The notes below the pieces were generated by a model that did not search any database, was not told where the DNA came from, and worked only from the letters and a program-made list of their open reading frames with translations. A stretch of 64,000 nucleotides of DNA from an uncultured Holophagales bacterium. GTDB taxonomy: Bacteria; Acidobacteriota; Thermoanaerobaculia; Multivoradales; UBA5704. Below are positions 1-12,078 of this stretch, piece after piece. Numbering within the stretch: position 1 is the stretch's first letter; each line of letters starts with the position of its first letter. The DNA lies in contig CAWJGT010000003.1 of NCBI GenBank assembly GCA_963842525.1, forward strand, positions 96,001 to 160,000. The letters run 5' to 3'. The translations under genes and the position numbers were made by a program.

Positions 1-1139
1 AGGACATCATTGCCATCTCCTTCCTGGATGGGAAGATCGTCGGCGCGGACGCCCTCAACCAGACGGTGGAGGAGGGCCTCTCGCAGGTGCTCGTCGACGA
101 AGGGCTGATGGCCGCCGCCGAGTTCAGCCGTGCCCTGGCCGAGCAGCAATCGGCCGGCAGCCGGCTGGTGGATCACTTGGTCGAGCGGCGGTACGTGACG
201 CGCGAGGGCCTGCTCCACGCGTTGCGCCTCCAGACCTCCCGGCTCCTCGAGCAGCTCCTCGGTTGGGACAAGGGGGAGTTCAAGTTCTATGGCGGCGACG
301 AGGTCCCCTACGAGGAGGGCTTCGTCCCCATCGCCGTCGAGGAGCTGCTCTTCCAGGCCGGCCAGAAGGCCGCCGCCGCCCGGCCGGCAACGCCGTGGCC
401 CGTACCGGCACCGGCCGCGACCGGACCGCGCCCGGTGGCGGCTCCTCCACCGCCGGGGTCGTCGCCGCCCGCTCCCGTCCCTCACAACCCGACCCCTGTC
501 CCGGTCCCGGCGGCAGGGTCCGCGACGGCTACTCCGTCGCGGACCGGGTTGCGGGTCGTCCGCAAGGAGGGCGCTCCGCCGGCCTCTTCCGCCACGCGGG
601 TCGTACCGGGCTCCCTGGTGGCGGCCGAGGGGGAGAGGGCCGGCCCCTTCCGCAAGATGAAGGTGGAGGCGCCGGCCGCCGGTCCCGCGCCGCGGCCGTT
701 CCTGCCCAAGCTCCTGGCCGCGGGCCTCGCCGGGCTCGTCGTGGCCGTCCTGCTCACCCGGCCGGAGGCGCTGATCCTCCCCTTCCCCTGGCAGCCGGAA
801 GAGCGCGCTGCCCTGGCGCAGGACCAGCGGGCCTCCCTGTACCTCAAGATCGACCGCGCGGCGAAGACCTGGTTCCTCCACGAGGGCCACTTCCCCTCCA
901 GCCTGGCGGAGCTCCAGCAGGCGGGCTTCCTCGGCCGCGGCGACCTGCGCGACCCGCAGGGGCACCCCCTCCGCTACACCGCCGGGCAGGAGAGCTACAC
1001 CCTGGAGCCGGTCCAGGGCGACCAGCCCATCCCCGGCGCTGAGACCAGCGAAGCCATCACAGGCAACTTTCTCCTCGATCCGGAGCTCCTGAACCTCCCC
1101 ACCGATTCCACGGCGCCGCCCCTGGTACTGCTGGATTGA
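1..1139 (+). CDS. DUF4388/PATAN-like domain membrane protein, 5'-truncated by the window edge
   Basis: Frame is open from position 3 (DIIAISFLDGKIVGAD...). It has a LL.W..G.F.F motif, a Pro-rich linker, one TM segment and a C-terminal GspG-like DPQG segment. Confidence 0.65.
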   Translation, partial: DIIAISFLDGKIVGADALNQTVEEGLSQVLVDEGLMAAAEFSRALAEQQSAGSRLVDHLVERRYVTREGLLHALRLQTSRLLEQLLGWDKGEFKFYGGDEVPYEEGFVPIAVEELLFQAGQKAAAARPATPWPVPAPAATGPRPVAAPPPPGSSPPAPVPHNPTPVPVPAAGSATATPSRTGLRVVRKEGAPPASSATRVVPGSLVAAEGERAGPFRKMKVEAPAAGPAPRPFLPKLLAAGLAGLVVAVLLTRPEALILPFPWQPEERAALAQDQRASLYLKIDRAAKTWFLHEGHFPSSLAELQQAGFLGRGDLRDPQGHPLRYTAGQESYTLEPVQGDQPIPGAETSEAITGNFLLDPELLNLPTDSTAPPLVLLD

Positions 1140-1195
1140 CGGCGGCTCCTGGAATAAATCTGCGTCCGTTCTTGTCAAAGAGGGTGCGGCGGAAA

Positions 1196-1225
1196 GTTGA
1201 CACGCCGTCACTAAGGTTTTAGACT
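1196..1225 (+). promoter_or_regulatory. sigma70-type dnaK promoter overlapping a degenerate HAIR (HspR operator)
   Basis: TTGACA(1197-1202)-17 bp-TAGACT(1220-1225). GTTGACA-N7-ACTAAGG resembles the HAIR consensus CTTGAGT-N7-ACTCAAG. Confidence 0.65.
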
Positions 1226-1291
1226 CTGAGCGAAGCCGCGGGGCCAGGTTCCCTGCCTGGCGGTACGCAGCAGAGCAAAGGAGGGTACAGC

Positions 1292-3220
<1,929 letters not shown>

Positions 3221-3231
3221 GCTCGTAGCCC

Positions 3232-3675
3232 ATGGCGCCGCTCAAGAAGATCTACCTCGAGGAGCTCGCACGCATTCAGGAGAGGATCAACAGCCTCTTC
3301 GAGCAGGCGCTGCTCACCTCGGATTACGACGACCCGGACGGGAGCCTGCCTGGTACGTGGGCTCCCGCCGTGGACGTGATCGAGACCGAGGACTCCTATC
3401 TCCTCTTCGCCGAGCTGCCGGGAGTGCGAAGGGAGGACATCCAGTTGCAGGTGCGGGACCGGCGGTTGGAGATCTCCGGCCGCCGGCAAACCATGGGAGA
3501 GAACCTGAGCTTCCTCCGCATGGAACGCAGCTACGGCCCGTTCCGCCGCGCCTTCGACCTCGGCACGCTGGTCGAGGCGGACGACATCACCGCCGGCTTC
3601 GAGCAAGGAATCCTGCGGATCCAGGTCCCGAAGCGGCCGGCTGCCGTGCAGGTGCCCGTTCGGGAGGAGGCCTGA
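3232..3675 (+). CDS. Hsp20/alpha-crystallin small heat shock protein
   Basis: WAPAVDVIE..AELPG, ERSYGPFRRAF and A.F..G.L.I.VPK motifs. Confidence 0.93.
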   Translation: MAPLKKIYLEELARIQERINSLFEQALLTSDYDDPDGSLPGTWAPAVDVIETEDSYLLFAELPGVRREDIQLQVRDRRLEISGRRQTMGENLSFLRMERSYGPFRRAFDLGTLVEADDITAGFEQGILRIQVPKRPAAVQVPVREEA

Positions 3676-3676
3676 G

Positions 3677-4057
3677 ATGCCGGGCCGGCGCAAGTCCGAG
3701 CAGAAGTACGTGATGATCAGCGTGGTGGCCGAGCGCTACGCAATCCATCCGCAGACCCTGCGGCTCTACGAGCGCGAGGGCCTCATCAAGCCCACCCGCA
3801 GCTCCGGCAACACCCGCCTCTATGACGAGGAGGCCATCCGCCGCCTGGAGATCATCCTCACCCTGACGCGCGACCTGGGGGTCAACCTGGCGGGTGTGGA
3901 GGTGATCCTCAACATGAAGGAGCGGATGGAGAAGATGCAGATCGACTACGACCGGATGCTCGAGTACGTCCGCCGCATGGCGGAGGAGCGCCGGCAGCCC
4001 GAGAAACAGCACGCCCTGGTCAAGATCCAGAGCGGACCCCTCACCAAGATCCGCTGA
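3677..4057 (+). CDS. hspR: MerR-family heat shock repressor HspR
   Basis: ISVVAE..IHPQTLRLYEREGLI.P.R..GNTRLY...LGVNLAG; lies in the dnaK operon. Confidence 0.88.
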   Translation: MPGRRKSEQKYVMISVVAERYAIHPQTLRLYEREGLIKPTRSSGNTRLYDEEAIRRLEIILTLTRDLGVNLAGVEVILNMKERMEKMQIDYDRMLEYVRRMAEERRQPEKQHALVKIQSGPLTKIR

Positions 4058-4060
4058 AAC

Positions 4061-4113
4061 CTCACCCCCTGTCCCCCTCTCCCATCGCTCTCCCTGCCCC
4101 CGGGAGAGGGGGA
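4061..4113. repeat. REP-like palindrome, family A (CTCACCCCC..CCTCTCCC..GGGAGAGGGG)
   Basis: The same element recurs at about 41631, 46778, 50729 and 52051. Confidence 0.85.
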
Positions 4114-4121
4114 CGTTGCTC

Positions 4122-4152
4122 TGTCATCCTGAGCGAGGCGAAGGATCTGGGG
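4122..4152. repeat. Palindromic repeat, family B (TGTCATCCTGAGCGAGGCGAAGGATCT)
   Basis: ATCCT..AGGAT stem; a second copy lies at about 10853-10882 inside the ALDH gene. Confidence 0.75.
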
Positions 4153-4265
4153 GGATGGGAAGCTCCGCCCGCCTCCGTGCTACCATAAGGCAGCGGTTGC
4201 GTCAGCGCACCGACTGGTGATCTGATGGCGCAACCGTCGGGATTGTTCCAAGAGGGAAGGCACGT

Positions 4266-5090
4266 ATGTGCGCGCTGCCGCTCGAGCAAGAGATCGAGTA
4301 CCCCGCCTCCGACGGCCAGCCCATGGCCGAAACAACGCTTCACCGCCTGGTGATGTCCGACATGATCGAAGGCCTCGAACGGCGTCATGTCGACGTGGGG
4401 GACGTCTGGGTGGGCGGCAACCTCCTGCTCTACTACCGGAAGGGAGACCGGAGGAAGTCCGTGGCTCCCGACGTGCTGCTGGCCCGTGGCGTCGAAAAGT
4501 GGCCGCGGAGGACCTATCTCCTCTGGGAGGAGAAGCCTCCGGCCCTGATCTTCGAGATCACCTCCCGCTCGACCGCGGACGAAGACACCGGTTTCAAAAA
4601 AGGCCTCTACGAGCAACTCGGCGTGGCCGAGCTCGTTCTCTTCGATCCCTTTGCGGAGTACCTGGAGCCGCGCCTCCAGGGCTACCGCCTCGAACGGAGC
4701 CGCTATGAGCCGATTCTGCCGAACCGCGATGGCTCGCTGGACCTCCGGACGGCGGGAGTGACCGCGCGCTCCGAAGGCGACCGGCTGCGGCTGGTGGACA
4801 CCGCCACCGGAGAGGCCGTCCTGTGGAACGACGAGATCGAAGAGGCACGGCGGTTGGCCGTAGAGGCGCACAGGTTGTCCGAGGAGGCACGCCGGTTGGC
4901 CGAAGAGGCACGCCGATTGGCTGAAGAGCGTGCCGCCGAGGAGTCCGCCGCGCGCCGTTCTGCCGAAGAACGCGCCGCCGAAGAGGTTGCCGCGCGCCGA
5001 TCGGCCGAGGAACGTGCCGCCGCCGCCGAGGAGCGCGCCAGTTCTCTCGCCGAGGAGCTCGCCTGTCTACGGCGCGAATCAAAGCCCTGA
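4266..5090 (+). CDS. Uma2/DUF820-family PD-(D/E)xK nuclease with a coiled-coil repeat tail
   Basis: YPASDGQPMAET..H, VAPDV, P.LIFEITSRST...D...K..LY..LGV.E..LFDP; EEARRLA repeats. Confidence 0.88.
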   Translation: MCALPLEQEIEYPASDGQPMAETTLHRLVMSDMIEGLERRHVDVGDVWVGGNLLLYYRKGDRRKSVAPDVLLARGVEKWPRRTYLLWEEKPPALIFEITSRSTADEDTGFKKGLYEQLGVAELVLFDPFAEYLEPRLQGYRLERSRYEPILPNRDGSLDLRTAGVTARSEGDRLRLVDTATGEAVLWNDEIEEARRLAVEAHRLSEEARRLAEEARRLAEERAAEESAARRSAEERAAEEVAARRSAEERAAAAEERASSLAEELACLRRESKP

Positions 5091-5146
5091 GGACGCTGTC
5101 CCAGCCTGGGGTTTCAACCCCAGGCGCGTGCTACCATTTCCCCGCG

Positions 5147-6034
5147 ATGCCAGTCAGCGAAGCGTTGGACGAGCCGTGCCCGCTCTGCGGCGGCCGGGGT
5201 TGGGTCATCGAGGCGGACGGGGGCGCGGGGTCGGCCCGCACCTGCGCCTGCCGCGAGGAGGGGGTTTCCCAGCGCCTCCTGGCCGCGGCCGGGATTCCCC
5301 CGCGCTACCGCCACTGCAAGATCTCGAGCTTCCAGGTTTCGAGCGCATCGCCGGGGCTCCGCGCCCAGCTCGACAGCGCCCGCAAGACCGCCGAGCAGTA
5401 CGTCGAGGGCTTCCTCCAGGAGGGCGGGTTCCGCAAGTCCGGGCTGCTCTTCGTGGGCCCTCCGGGCGTCGGCAAGACCCACCTCGCCGTGGGCGTCCTG
5501 GTGGAGCTGATCGAGCGCTTTCGGGTGCGCGGCCGGTTCGCCGAGTTCACCTCGCTGATCCACCAGATCCAGGCCACCTTCGATCCCGGCACCCTGGAGT
5601 CGAAGCGGGAGGTCCTCGATCCCCTGATGAGCGCCGAGCTCCTGGTGCTCGACGAGCTCGGCGCCCAGCAGGCGACACCCTGGGTCCGCGACATCCTCTA
5701 CCTGATCATCAACCACCGCTACACGCGCCAGCTCCCGACCCTCTTCACCACCAATTACCTGCTCGACGACGTGCCGAAGAAGGGGGCGAAGCCGCCTGCC
5801 CTGGTGCGGACGAACCTGGACCGCGGCGCCGACCCGCCGGACGCCGCACCCCTCGCCCCCTCCGTGGAGCACCTGGCCGCCCGGCTGCCAGCCATGCTGG
5901 TCAGCCGCTTGTATGAGATGGCGCAGCCGGTGGTCATGACCGCCATCGAGGACTTCCGGCGGGAGCACAAAGTCCATGGAGACTCGCCTGCGCTGAGAAG
6001 CGGCCCGAATCTTGCGGAATCTTGCGAAGACTGA
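5147..6034 (+). CDS. DnaC/IstB-like AAA+ ATPase with an N-terminal Zn ribbon (putative helicase loader)
   Basis: CPLCGG..CAC, Walker A GPPGVGKTHL, Walker B LLVLDELG, TLFTTN, SRLYEM. Confidence 0.85.
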   Translation: MPVSEALDEPCPLCGGRGWVIEADGGAGSARTCACREEGVSQRLLAAAGIPPRYRHCKISSFQVSSASPGLRAQLDSARKTAEQYVEGFLQEGGFRKSGLLFVGPPGVGKTHLAVGVLVELIERFRVRGRFAEFTSLIHQIQATFDPGTLESKREVLDPLMSAELLVLDELGAQQATPWVRDILYLIINHRYTRQLPTLFTTNYLLDDVPKKGAKPPALVRTNLDRGADPPDAAPLAPSVEHLAARLPAMLVSRLYEMAQPVVMTAIEDFRREHKVHGDSPALRSGPNLAESCED

Positions 6035-6061
6035 CAACTCGGCATCGGAGAATCTGACCGC

Positions 6062-8281
6062 GTGAAGACGAAGTGGCTCCTTGTGCTGGTCCTGCTCCCG
6101 CTCCTGATCACCGCCTCCTGCCGGACGGCGGCTCCTCCCGTCCAGAGGCCCGTCCCCCCGCCGCCGTCCCCGCCGGTCGAGCCCGCGCCACCCGCTCCGG
6201 AGCCCGAGCCGGTGCAGCCGGCTCCCGTCGAGCCGGTGCCGCCCTCGGCGCCGGTCCAGCTCAAGGTCGGCCTGGCGAGCGATCTCGAATCGGTGACCTT
6301 CCCCTGCTGCGAAGAGGGCTTGAGCGTGACGGTCGGCGACGCGCCGGTGACGGTGTCGTCCCCCCTGAAGGTCGAGCCCGCGGCGGCGAGCGCCCAGCAG
6401 GGCTACTACCGGCTGCAGGTGGCCGCCCTGCGCGACGAGCGTCAGGCCCAGGAGCTGGCCGCGCGGCTGGCGCGGGAGACCGGGCAGCCGGGCGAGGCCC
6501 ATTTCGACGCCGGGATCGACCTCTACCGTGTGCGCGTCGGGCGCTATGCCACCCGCGTGGACGCGGAGCAGGACATGCGGCGTCTGGGGTCGCTCGGCGT
6601 CGCCGGCGCCTTCGTGGTCAACGAGGGGGCCGCGGTCACGGCGCCGGCCCTCCGCCTCACGCAGGGCGCCGCGTCCGCCGTCTACCCCGGGCGCTGGCTC
6701 GCCGTGACGCCGGTCAACGGTGTCAGCCTGCGGGTCCAGGGCAAGCGCTACCGCGGCCGGATGCTCGTCTACCTGAACGACCGCGGCGCGCTCAACCTGA
6801 TCAACGAGCTGCCGATCGAGCAGTACCTGCGCGGCGTGGTGCCGAGCGAGATGGGCCCCGAGCAGTACAACCAGGTCGAGGCGCTCAAGGCGCAGGCGGT
6901 GGCGGCGCGCACCTATACCCTGCGCAACCTGGGCGAGTTCTCGCGCGAGGGGTACGACATCTGCGCCACGCCCCGCTGCCAGGTCTACAACGGCATGGCG
7001 GTCGAGCACCCGCTCTCCGACCGCGCCATCGCGGAGACCGCCGGCCAGGTTCTGCTCTATGAGGGGCACCTCGCCGATACTCTCTACAGCTCGACCTGCG
7101 GCGGCCACACCGAGGACGCCCCGGTCGTCTTCCCCCTGAAGACGGACGAGCCCTACCTCGAAGGCGTGCCCTGCATGGAGCGGGGCTTCACCCGGATCGG
7201 CGGGACCCTCCGGGCCGGGATCGGTTTCCCCGAAGGGCTGACCCGCACGCTGCTGCCGCCCGCGGCGGGTGCCCCTTCACCCCTGGGGCTGTCGGCGCGG
7301 CTGGAGCACTTGGCCCTGCTCGCCGGCCTGCCCGTGCCGCGGGAGCGCCTGGGCACCCTCGACCGGCGGGAGGTCCAGCGCTTCCTCGCCTACGCCTTCG
7401 ACCTGGCGCTCGACGCCCGGCTCTTCATCGCGCCCGAGGACGTCCCCTACCTGCTGCACGATCCGCCGCGGGACTGGAACGACGAGGACCTCCGCCGCGC
7501 CGCCTGGCTGATCAAGAGCGGCATCATGACCGGGCCGCTCGCCGAGCCGGTGGACGCCGAGGAGATCGAGCACATGCTCCTCGCCCTCGCCGAGCTCGTG
7601 CGGGTGGTGCGCCGGGAGGAGGTCTCCTACCTCGGCCTCGACCAGGGGCAGCTTACGGTCCGCTCCGGCAAGGAGGAGAAGACCTATCCGCTGCCCGACC
7701 GGCTCCTCACCTTCCGCCGCCGCGGCGACCTGCTGTTGAGCGCCGACCTCGGCCTGCTGCCCAGCGACCGGATGACCCTGTTCTGGCAGGGGGACACCCT
7801 GGTTTCCGTGACCCAGGAGGTGGACCTGGACGGCGTGGCCTTCGACCGCAGCAGTCCCTACAGCTCCTGGACCCGCTTCCGCACCGATTCGCAGCTCGCC
7901 AGGCAGGTGAACCAGCGTTTCCCCGGGGTCGGCTTCGTGGACCTGGAGGTCCTGGGGCGCGGCGAGTCCGGCCGGGTGGGGAAGATCCGCATCCGCGGCG
8001 ACAACGGACAGGTCGTCGACGTCGAGGGTCTGCCCGTCCGCTGGACGCTCGACGTGCCGGACACTCTATTCACCACCAAGCGCCTGGCGCCCAAGAGCCA
8101 GGAGGCGGGCTGGCTCTTCACCGGCCGCGGCTTCGGCCACGGCGTGGGGATGTGCCAGGTGGGCTCCTACGGCATGGCCCAGCGCGGCCACACCTACCGC
8201 GAGATCCTGACCCACTACTACACCGGCGTCGAGGTGAGCACGGTGCGGTGGCAGGGAACGGCGGCTCCGGCGGGGAAGTAG
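6062..8281 (+). CDS. SpoIID/LytB-domain lipoprotein with a SPOR domain
   Basis: Lipobox ITASC, SPOR YRLQVAAL..YRVRVG, YLRGVVPSEM, EALKAQAVAARTY, GFGHGVGMCQ. Confidence 0.92.
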   Translation: MKTKWLLVLVLLPLLITASCRTAAPPVQRPVPPPPSPPVEPAPPAPEPEPVQPAPVEPVPPSAPVQLKVGLASDLESVTFPCCEEGLSVTVGDAPVTVSSPLKVEPAAASAQQGYYRLQVAALRDERQAQELAARLARETGQPGEAHFDAGIDLYRVRVGRYATRVDAEQDMRRLGSLGVAGAFVVNEGAAVTAPALRLTQGAASAVYPGRWLAVTPVNGVSLRVQGKRYRGRMLVYLNDRGALNLINELPIEQYLRGVVPSEMGPEQYNQVEALKAQAVAARTYTLRNLGEFSREGYDICATPRCQVYNGMAVEHPLSDRAIAETAGQVLLYEGHLADTLYSSTCGGHTEDAPVVFPLKTDEPYLEGVPCMERGFTRIGGTLRAGIGFPEGLTRTLLPPAAGAPSPLGLSARLEHLALLAGLPVPRERLGTLDRREVQRFLAYAFDLALDARLFIAPEDVPYLLHDPPRDWNDEDLRRAAWLIKSGIMTGPLAEPVDAEEIEHMLLALAELVRVVRREEVSYLGLDQGQLTVRSGKEEKTYPLPDRLLTFRRRGDLLLSADLGLLPSDRMTLFWQGDTLVSVTQEVDLDGVAFDRSSPYSSWTRFRTDSQLARQVNQRFPGVGFVDLEVLGRGESGRVGKIRIRGDNGQVVDVEGLPVRWTLDVPDTLFTTKRLAPKSQEAGWLFTGRGFGHGVGMCQVGSYGMAQRGHTYREILTHYYTGVEVSTVRWQGTAAPAGK

Positions 8282-8302
8282 GGGCGGGGCTTGTCCCCGC
8301 CC
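8278..8302. repeat. GTAG-type REP element
   Basis: GTAG followed by GGGCGGGG-CTTGT-CCCCGCCC; its TAG is the stop codon of the upstream gene. Confidence 0.7.
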
Positions 8303-8325
8303 TTTGTTGGACGTAAGCTCCCACC

Positions 8326-9336
8326 ATGGCCGTCCAGGACCTCCGCAACCGCCCCACCCTGGCCCCGCGACGGGTGGAGGAGCCCCATCCGGAGCGCAAT
8401 CCGGGCCTCCCGCTCGACCTCGGATGGGTGCGGGACGTGCGGGTCAACACCAGCGCGGTCGAGCGCCGGGCGGCGACTCTGCCCAAGCGGCGGACGGTCA
8501 AGAAGGACTGGCAGGCGGCCTGGTACCTGCGGGCCATCACCTGCATGGACCTCACCACGCTCCAGGGGGACGACACGCCTGGCCGCGTGCGGCGGCTCTG
8601 CGCCAAGGCCCGCCAGCCGGTGCGGCAGGATCTTCTTGAAGCGCTCGGCGTCGCCCACCTCGACATCCGGGTCGCCTCGGTCTGCGTCTACCACAACCTG
8701 ATCGAGCCTGCCCGCGAGGCCCTGGAAGGCTCGGGCATCCCGGTCTGCGCCGTGTCCACCGGCTTTCCGGCCGGGCAGAACCCGTTCTCTCTGCGGCTCG
8801 CCGAGATCCGCGAGTCCGTGGCGGCCGGCGCCGAGGAGATCGACATCGTGGTCAGCCGCGCCCACGTGCTGACCGGCGACTGGCAGGCCCTCTACGACGA
8901 GATCCGGGCTTTCCGCGAGGCCTGCGGGCCGGCCCACCTGAAGACCATCCTCGCCACCGGCGAGCTGGGCACCCTGCGCAATGTGGCGCGGGCGAGCCGG
9001 GTCGCCATGATGGCCGGCGCCGACTTCATCAAGACCTCGACCGGCAAGGAGAAGGCCAACGCCACCCTGCCGGTCTCGCTCGTCATGGTACGGGCGATCC
9101 GCGACTACCAGGAGCGCACCGGCTTCCGGATCGGCTTCAAACCGGCGGGAGGGATCTCCACCGCCCGCCAGGCCGCCGACTGGCTGGCTCTGATGAAAGA
9201 GGAGCTGGGTCCTGAGTGGATGCGCCGCGACCTCTTCCGCTTCGGCGCCTCCAGCCTCCTCGGCGACCTGGAGCGCCAGCTCGAGCACCATGCCACCGGC
9301 CGCTACTCGGCCTCCTTCCGACACCCCCTCGCCTGA
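8326..9336 (+). CDS. deoC: Deoxyribose-phosphate aldolase
   Basis: DLTTL.GDDT, GFPAGQ, ADFIKTSTGK, GFKPAGGI, RFGASSLL. Confidence 0.96.
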   Translation: MAVQDLRNRPTLAPRRVEEPHPERNPGLPLDLGWVRDVRVNTSAVERRAATLPKRRTVKKDWQAAWYLRAITCMDLTTLQGDDTPGRVRRLCAKARQPVRQDLLEALGVAHLDIRVASVCVYHNLIEPAREALEGSGIPVCAVSTGFPAGQNPFSLRLAEIRESVAAGAEEIDIVVSRAHVLTGDWQALYDEIRAFREACGPAHLKTILATGELGTLRNVARASRVAMMAGADFIKTSTGKEKANATLPVSLVMVRAIRDYQERTGFRIGFKPAGGISTARQAADWLALMKEELGPEWMRRDLFRFGASSLLGDLERQLEHHATGRYSASFRHPLA

Positions 9337-9357
9337 GGACAGCTTGAGGTCCCTGCC

Positions 9358-11779
9358 ATGACCGTCGCCGAGATCTTCGAGACGATGGAGTACGGTCCCG
9401 CGCCGGAGAGCGCCGATCCGGCCCAGGCCTGGCTGGAGGCGCGGGACCGCGAGATCCTGCCCTTCATCGCGGGCGAATTCCGCCGGCCGGCCGCGGGCGA
9501 GCTATTCGAGACCATGAACCCGGGCACGGGCAAACCGCTCGCAAGGATCGCCCAGTGCGACGCGCCCGAGGTGGACGCCGCGGTCGAGGCGGCGCGGGCG
9601 GCCCAGCCGGGGTGGTGGGAGCTGGGCGGCCACGGGCGCGCCCGCTACCTCTACGCCATCGCAAGGCACGTGCAGAAGAATTCGCGCCTGCTCGCCGTGC
9701 TGGAGACCCTGGACAACGGCAAGCCGATCCGCGAGACCCGCGACCTCGACGTGCCGCTGGTGGCCCGCCACTTCTACCACCACGCCGGCTGGGCCCAGCT
9801 CATGGACCGGGAGCTTCCCGGCTACGTGCCGGTCGGCGTGGCCGGGCAGATCATCCCCTGGAACTTCCCCCTGCTCATGCTGGCCTGGAAGATCGCGCCG
9901 GCGCTCGCCATGGGCAACACGGTGGTGCTCAAGCCGGCCGAGTTCACGCCGCTCACCGCCGCCGCCTTCGCCGGGATCTGCCAGGACGTGGGGTTGCCAC
10001 CCGGCGTGGTCAACATCCTTCAGGGCGACGGCCGCACGGGCGAGCTGATCGTCCGCCATTCCGGCATCGACAAGATCGCCTTCACCGGCTCGACGGACGT
10101 CGGCCGCCTGATCCGCGAGGCCACGGCCGGCACGGGCAAGCGGCTCTCGCTGGAGCTGGGTGGCAAATCCCCCTTCGTGGTCTTCGACGATGCGGACCTG
10201 GACGGTGCGGTCGAGGGGGTGGTGGACGCCATCTGGTTCAACCAGGGGGAGGTCTGCTGCGCCGGCTCCCGCCTGCTGGTCCACGAAGGCGTGGCCGAGG
10301 CCCTTTACTCCAAGCTGCGGGCGCGGATGGAGACCCTGCGCGTCGGCGATCCGCGCGACAAGGCGATCGACATCGGCGCCATCATCGCGCCGGTGCAGCT
10401 CGAGCGCATCGACCGCCTTGTCAAGCAGGGGGTGGAGGAAGGCGCGAAGATGTGGCAGCCGTCCTGGAGCTGCCCGCGGGACGGCTGGTTCTATCCGCCG
10501 ACCCTGTTCACCGGGGTGTCGCCGTCGGCGACCATCGCCCAGGTCGAGATCTTCGGTCCGGTCCTGGTGGCCATGACCTTCCGCACGCCGGAGGAGGCCC
10601 TCGAGCTGGCCAACAACACCCGCTTCGGCCTGGCAGCCAGCGTCTGGACCGAGAACGTCAATCTGGCCCTCGACTTCGCCGCGAAGATCAAGGCCGGCAC
10701 GGTCTGGATCAACAGCACCAACCTCTTCGATGCGGGCTCAGGCTTCGGCGGCTACCGCGAGAGCGGCTTCGGCCGCGAAGGCGGCAAGGAAGGCCTCTGG
10801 GAGTACGTCCGCCCGGCCTGGGAGGCTGCACCGTCGCATACCGCTTCGGAGAGTCGATCCTGAGCGAAGCGAAGGATCTGGGAGGGGGACAGCCTCGGAG
10901 GATGAGGACGCCCCCGCCGGGATCTTCCCGCCCATCGACCGCACTGCCAAGATGTACGTCGGCGGCAAGCAGGTCCGTCCGGACGGTGAAGCGGTCCGCA
11001 AGGTGCTGGGGCCGGACGGCCGACTCCTCGGCGAGGTGGGGGAGGGAAACCGCAAGGACGTGCGCAACGCCGTCGAGGCGGCCCGCAAGGCGGCCCCCGG
11101 CTGGGCCACGGCCACGGCCCACCTGCGGGCCCAGATCCTCTACTACCTGGCCGAGAACCTGGGAGCCCGCGGCGACGAGATGGCCCGCCGGATCGACGCC
11201 ATGACCGGCGTGGGCCGAGAAGCTGCCCGGCGCGAGGTGGAGCTCTCCATCGAACGCCTCTTCACCTACGCCGCCTGGGCCGACAAGTACGCCGGCCGCG
11301 TCCAGGCCACGCCGCTGCGCAACTTCACCTTCGCCGTCCACGAGCCGATCGGCACCCTGGCCGTGATCTGCCCCGAGCCGTGGCCGCTCCTCGGCTTCAT
11401 CTCCACGGTGGCTCCGGCGGTCGCCATGGGCAACGCCGTCGTGGCCGTCCCCTCCGAGCGCTGGCCGCTCGCCGCGACCGACCTCTACCAGGTCCTGGAC
11501 ACCTCCGATGTCCCGGGCGGCGTCATCAACATCCTCACCGGCAGCCGCGACCTCCTCGCCGGCGTCCTGGCCGCCCACGATGACATCGACTGCCTCTGGT
11601 ACTTCGGTACTCGCGAAGGGAGCGCCGCCGTCGAGCGCGCCTCGACCGGCAACCTGAAGCGCACCTGGGTCGACTACGGCCATCCCCGCGACTGGACCGA
11701 CCCCGAGCAAGGCGAAGGCGAGGAGTACCTCCGCGAGGCGCTGCAGGTCAAGAACATCTGGTGCCCGTTCGGGGAGTAG
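9358..11779 (+). CDS. Two-domain ALDH16-type aldehyde dehydrogenase, split by a +1 frameshift near 10856 (probably one ~806-aa protein)
   Basis: PWNFP, FTGST, ELGGKSP and NQGEVCCAGSR in ORF 9358-10863, with a second ALDH-like domain in the next frame. Removing G10856 restores both the frame and the family-B repeat consensus. Confidence 0.88.
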
Positions 11780-11788
11780 GGAACGGGA

Positions 11789-11817
11789 TTGCTCTTGTGT
11801 AGCAAATCTGCTACGCT
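11789..11817 (+). promoter_or_regulatory. TA operon promoter with an autoregulatory palindrome; leaderless start
   Basis: TTGCTC-17 bp-TACGCT with ATG 6 nt downstream; GTAGCA-AATC-TGCTAC palindrome at 11799-11814. Confidence 0.7.
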
Positions 11818-11823
11818 CCGCTC

Positions 11824-12078
11824 ATGAAGAAGATCGCGCAGCGGGAGCTGCGGAACAACAGCGGCGAAATCCTGCGCGAAGCAGAGGAAGGAGAGCACTT
11901 CTTGATCACCGTAGGAAGCCGCCCGGTCGCCCTGCTGTCCCCTTATCCCAAGCGCCAGTGGGTGCCGAAAGCGGATATCGTGAAGCTGCTGCGTTCCAAC
12001 AAGCCTGATCCCGACTTCTTCGAGGATGTCGCGGAGCTTGGGACTCTCGACGACCTCACGGATCCATGGGAACGCTGA
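11824..12078 (+). CDS. Phd/YefM-family antitoxin
   Basis: RELRNNSGEILR.AE.GE...IT..RPVA.L.P; overlaps the PIN gene. Confidence 0.88.
   Translation: MKKIAQRELRNNSGEILREAEEGEHFLITVGSRPVALLSPYPKRQWVPKADIVKLLRSNKPDPDFFEDVAELGTLDDLTDPWER

Noticed and set aside
5147-6034. IS21 element (IstB)
   Set aside because: No IstA transposase or terminal repeats; the Zn ribbon and context fit a DnaC-like protein.
9358-11779. Programmed frameshift or two separate ALDH genes
   Set aside because: No slippery site or RBS for a second gene; a single extra G explains the split.
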